Assembly: GCF_035594765.1 (NCBI RefSeq)
Contig: NW_026943819.1
Coordinates: 4,700,703 to 4,764,702, forward strand
Length of the DNA stretch: 64,000 nt
From: Anolis carolinensis
Lineage: Eukaryota
Direction: 5' to 3'
Of this stretch, positions 60,001-64,000 are shown in pieces. Made by a program: the position numbers and the translations under genes. The notes below the pieces were generated by a model, which was not told the origin of the DNA, searched no databases, and saw only the letters and a program-made list of their open reading frames with translations. Numbering within the stretch: the stretch's first letter is position 1; each line of letters starts with the position of its first letter.

Positions 60001-62367
60001 CTCTACCTGGAGGAGGACCAGCTCCGGCGACGGCCGATTGGTACGAGCGATGGGGAATGGCTGCGTATGGGATCCACTAGCAGCAGAGGCTCTCCGCAGT
60101 TGCTGACCTGGCCTTTTTGTCCTGCAGGATGGAGGGCTGCTCCCCAGCCGCAGGGCTCTGATAGCAATGAGGAGGACTGTTGGTCAGACTCGGGCCTCTC
60201 CGCCGGCCCCCGGCTACAGAGCAAGGAGCCTGGGCTGCCAAAACCACTGGCCAGGAGCCAAAGCCTCCGCGTCGTGAAGAAGAAGCCCCCCACCAAAGAG
60301 GTGAGGCCCTTGTAGGCAGAGTGGTGGGATTTTCCGTGCTCCTTTTAGAGATAGTTATCGTACAACCTGAAGGGAACCCTAAGGGACATCTAGTCCAGCC
60401 CCCAGCTATGCAGGCAGCATCCATGACAGATTGCCAACTCACCTCAGTGTGAGCTGTTAACAAGGGGGAGGGGAAGCAGAACTTAAGCAGACATTTTTTA
60501 AATAAACCTGCATCTTATTTATTTACAGTATTTATATTCCGCCCTTCTCACCCCAAAGATGACTCAGGGTGGATCACATTGTACACATATAAGGCAAACA
60601 TTCAGTGCCATATAACATAGAACAGAGACAGACGCAGAGGCAATTTAAACCTTCTCCAGCTTCCTGAGGGTCTGCTTAATTCTGGCCAAAGTGGGAGCAG
60701 CAGCTTCATCATCCACTGCAATGGCAACTTCCTCATTCCAACAGCAGCTAGATAATTTTTATGGTGTCGTAAATTAGCCTCCCCACATATAAGTGGTACC
60801 TAAATTTACTACTTGATAGATGCAACTATCTTTCAGGTTGCTTAGGTTAGCAATGAGCAGGGGCTATATTTTATTTTTAATTGTCAGGTGCTCACCCCGA
60901 CATGGGCTGGCCTCGAACTCATGACCTCTTCGTCAGAGTAATTTATTGCAGCTGGCTGCTAACCAGCCTGTTCCACAGCCCGGCCCCAATCTTATGTTTA
61001 ATCTGTTTCGTGTATTTTAATATGTGTCTTAAAATATGTCTTAATATGTGTTTTGGAGCACCCAGTGGCACAGTGTGTTAAAGCGCTTAGCTGCTGAACT
61101 TGCAGACCGAAAGGTCACAGGTTCGAATTCGGGGAGCGGAGTGAGCGCCTGCTGTTAGCTCCAGCTTCTGCAAACCTAGCAGTTCAAAAACATGCAAATG
61201 TGAATAGATCAATACTGTGTTTCCCTGAAAATAAGACAGTGTCTTATATTAATTTTTGCTCCCAAAGATGCTCTAGGTCTTATTTTCAGGGGATGTCTTA
61301 TTTTTCCATGAAGAAGAATTCACATTTATTGTTGAACAAAAAAGAGAGAACATTTATTATATGCTGTATAGTAGTTGTCATCACAAACCAGCATAACCAG
61401 ACTAACTGTGAATCCTATCAAGAATTTCTTGTTACTACCATTATTTCCATGTACAACACTCTATGGTACGTACATTTGCCGATACTGTATGCTCTAGTGT
61501 TCTGTTCGGCAGGCATGTTTCCAAACAAAACCTTTGCTAGGTCTTACTTTCGGGGGAGGCCTTATATTTAGCAACTCAGCAAAACTTCTACTAGGTCTTA
61601 TTTTCTGGGGATGTCTTATTTTAGGGGAAACAGGGTAGATACCACTCCGGTGTAAAGGTAACAGTGCTCCATGCAGTCATGCCGACCACATTACCTTGGA
61701 GGTGTCTACGGACAATGCCGGCTCTTTGGTTTAGAAATGGAGATGAGCACCGACCCCCAGAATTGGACACGACTAGGCTTAACGTCAGGGGAAACCTTTA
61801 CTAATACAGTAGAGTCTCACTTATCCAACATAAATGGGCCGGCAGAACGTTGGATAAGCGAATATGTTGGATAATAAGGAGAGATTAAGAAAAAGCCTAT
61901 TAAACATCAAAATAGGTTATGAGTTTACAAATTAAGCACCAAAACATCATGTTAGACAACAAATTTGACAGAAAAAGTAGTTCAATGCACATTCATGCTA
62001 TGTTGTAATTACTGTATTTATGAATTTAGAACCAAAATATCATGATGTATTGAAAACATTGACTACAAAAATGCATTGGATAATCCAGAACGTTGGATAA
62101 GCGAGTCTTGGATAAGTGAGACTCTACTGTATATGTCTTGTCGAAATACGTTTTAATATGTTTGTTTTAAAGAATGTTTTTAGGTGGGTGTTGTGCAATG
62201 TTGTAACACGCCTCAAGTTGTGAGGAGAGGTGGGCAAGAAATAAAATTGATTATAGTATTATTATTGTCCCATATGGTTAAAATACCCCACATTCCTCTC
62301 TTTGCAGGGCTCCGTGCGGTTGGTGCGCAGCCGCCCCAGGAAGAAGGTGGTCGACCAGGAGAACTAG
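53010..62367 (+). CDS. REEP4: Receptor expression-enhancing protein 4 (ER-shaping REEP/DP1/Yop1 family), 8 exons, 260 aa
   Basis: Exons: 53010-53041 ([11 protein letters not shown]), 55448-55520, 56624-56700, 58337-58457, 58780-58893, 59908-60040, 60128-60300, 62308-62367 (783 nt, GT-AG). REEP4-type motifs [63 protein letters not shown]. Confidence 0.94.
53320..54205 (-). repeat. Minisatellite of about 11 L2/SINE-tail-derived units with (TTA)n spacers in REEP4 intron 1
   Basis: Unit TTATGTTTATTTATACTCCACTTTCTCTCCCCAAGGAGACCCAAAGCCGCTATGCATCT; the last copy continues into a longer L2-type 3'UTR. Confidence 0.8.
55593..56193. mobile_element. Solo LTR (601 bp) in REEP4 intron 2
   Basis: TGTTG...CAACA; perfect 5-bp TSD GATTG. 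Confidence 0.8.
56974..57540. mobile_element. Tc/mariner (Tc2-like) non-autonomous element, same family as 43546-44619
   Basis: Matching TIRs and internal sequence. Confidence 0.8.
59022..59478 (+). mobile_element. Probable Vingi/I-group LINE 3' end interrupted by a SINE fragment and AT-rich DNA
   Basis: C-terminal zinc-knuckle-like CDCGAEQTT...CPQCP...EEELF. Confidence 0.45.
61215..61635. mobile_element. Tc/mariner element of the same family inserted into a Sauria SINE (61055-61801)
   Basis: TIRs with TA TSD splitting the SINE at AGATCAATA. Confidence 0.82.
61807..62129. mobile_element. Tc1/mariner MITE (CAGTAGAGTCTC family)
   Basis: Complete TIRs, TA TSD. Confidence 0.9.
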
Positions 62368-63032
62368 AGGCCGCATCAACCTTGAAGGATAGTTGGATTC
62401 ACCTGGCTGCTCATGGTGCTGCCTCCAGCCCAAGGAATGCCTCTATTTCGTACTTTTGCCTTCAAGGTGGCCACATCCAAAGAGGTCAAGAGTATGTTGC
62501 CAGCTTTGGCAGCAGAGGAAACAGCTGCTGGAAGGACCGCGGCTTTTAATGGGGAGATCTCCAGGAGTCCCTTCCTCATTCCCTGCAATTTCTAAGGGGC
62601 CAGACTTTGCAGGGCTCATCCTTCGGTGCCTTTAATCCAAAGTGCCCTTTTCGGTGTTCTCTCTGTGCCTCTTCGCCTTTTCCACGTGCCTTTTCTCAGC
62701 CTCAAATGCACTGTTATGCCATTGAAACGGCCTGCCTTTCCGAAGGGCAGGGACCCTACAGGTGGGTGCCAAAGAGCATGGAGACGGGCCTCTCTTCCCG
62801 AAACGCCTTGGGTTCGGCCTCAGAGCTGGGCCTTTGGTTTTGAGGTCGTGGCCGATGACAAGCCAACACAAACTTGCAATCTCTTGGGCTCCCGTTTTGC
62901 CGCAGAAGGACATTAGTCCGGCTCAATGGCTCACGTTCCCTTCTCTCTGTGAAAACACTAACTTGGCTACTACTTGAAGACCACAGGCTCAGACACTTAA
63001 ATGTATTTGTAATGTTTTTAATGTTATTTTTA

Positions 63033-63038
63033 AATAAA
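63033..63038 (+). terminator. REEP4 polyA signal (AATAAA)
   Basis: Canonical hexamer about 670 nt after the stop, followed by GT-rich downstream sequence. Confidence 0.6.
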
Positions 63039-63099
63039 CACATTTTGTCTTGTAAGGTGGCTTTCAGTGCTATTTATTTTAATATTGCTGTTATGAATA

Positions 63100-63412
63100 C
63101 AGTAGAGTCTCACTTATCCAACATAAATGGGCCGGCAGAACGTTGGATAAGCGAATATGTTGGATAATAAGGAGGGATTAAGCAAAAGCCTACTAAACAT
63201 AGGCTCAAATTAGGTTATGATTTTACAAATTAAGCACCAAAACATCATGTTATACAACAAATTTGACAGAAAAAGTAGTTCAATATGCAATAATGCTATG
63301 TAGTAATTACTGTATTTACGAATTTAGCACCAAAATATCGCGATGTATTGAAAACATTGACTACAAAAATGTGTTGGATAATCCAGAATGTTGGATAAGT
63401 GAGACTCTACTG
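63100..63412. mobile_element. Tc1/mariner MITE (CAGTAGAGTCTC family)
   Basis: Complete TIRs, TA TSD. Confidence 0.9.
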
Positions 63413-63509
63413 TAATAATATAAATAATATATCAATTTATGTCTATTTATATTAAAATGTAAATAATAATAATTATTGTTGTTAATAAAATAGGAACTGA
63501 TAAAATAAA

Positions 63510-64000
63510 AACGATGAAAATGAACAAAATCTGGCTTTAAAAAAAACTCCAAAATCAGGACTGTATATTTATTTATTTATTTCCAATATTTATATCCCAC
63601 TCTTCTCACCTGAAGGGACTCAGGGCGGCTTACAACAATGGCAACAATTCGATGCCTACACAAAAACAATATCAAACAATACATAAAATCAATTAAAACT
63701 ATTAAATACAATATAAAATTACAATATATAAATTTAAAACATAGAGGACAGCATTCAGAAAACAGGAGAATTTCAGACAGGAAACCATCAGGGCCTGCTA
63801 ACACCTCCCAACAAAGGATTCTCCCCCAGGCAGGAAGCAGCCAGGCTTTGAAGCTGCAAGGCACTTTGATGCTAATCAAGATGATTAATTGCAACATTCA
63901 CACTTGCTTTAAACAGACGAGTTCTTTCTCCCACCCTGGACATCATTCCATAGATATATAAACCCAACTTGCCTAGTTTCCAACAGACCTCACAAACTCT
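63510..64000 (+). mobile_element. Penelope-like element 3' region, interrupted by an L2-type tail (about 63565-63745)
   Basis: Colinear with 54440-54580; ends just before the hammerhead motif at the window edge. Confidence 0.65.

Overview
Repeat-rich vertebrate genomic DNA, almost certainly from a squamate lizard (Anolis-like; Sauria SINEs, Penelope, Dong/R4, L2, CR1 and Tc/mariner MITEs are all present). I reconstructed four complete multi-exon protein-coding genes by hand from splice sites and reading-frame phase: C2orf68 orthologue (minus, 4 exons, 169 aa), USP39 (plus, 13 exons, 532 aa), SFTPB/pulmonary surfactant protein B (minus, 11 coding exons, 394 aa) and REEP4 (plus, 8 exons, 260 aa). 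A CpG-island promoter and probable non-coding first exon near 1.15-1.4 kb belong to a fifth, minus-strand gene that runs off the left edge (TMEM150A by human synteny; inference only). Most of the rest is nested transposons, five solo LTRs and tandem arrays built from TE termini separated by (TAA)n; there is one N gap. Highlights: (1) SP-B keeps a prosaposin-like C-terminal SapA domain, has a weakly cationic, Met-rich mature peptide and uses several atypical splice sites; (2) SFTPB is head-to-head with REEP4, joining human 2p11 and 8p21 neighbourhoods, with no granulysin/NK-lysin between them; (3) a perfect-Kozak in-frame ATG in REEP4 intron 1 predicts an alternative N-terminus; (4) Penelope ends carry minimal hammerhead ribozymes, including an inverted pair; (5) (TAA)n-bounded TE ends have repeatedly been amplified into minisatellites, and hAT and Helitron elements carry other TEs as cargo. 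No database searches were run; gene and TE names come from recognised sequence features and recalled human sequences.
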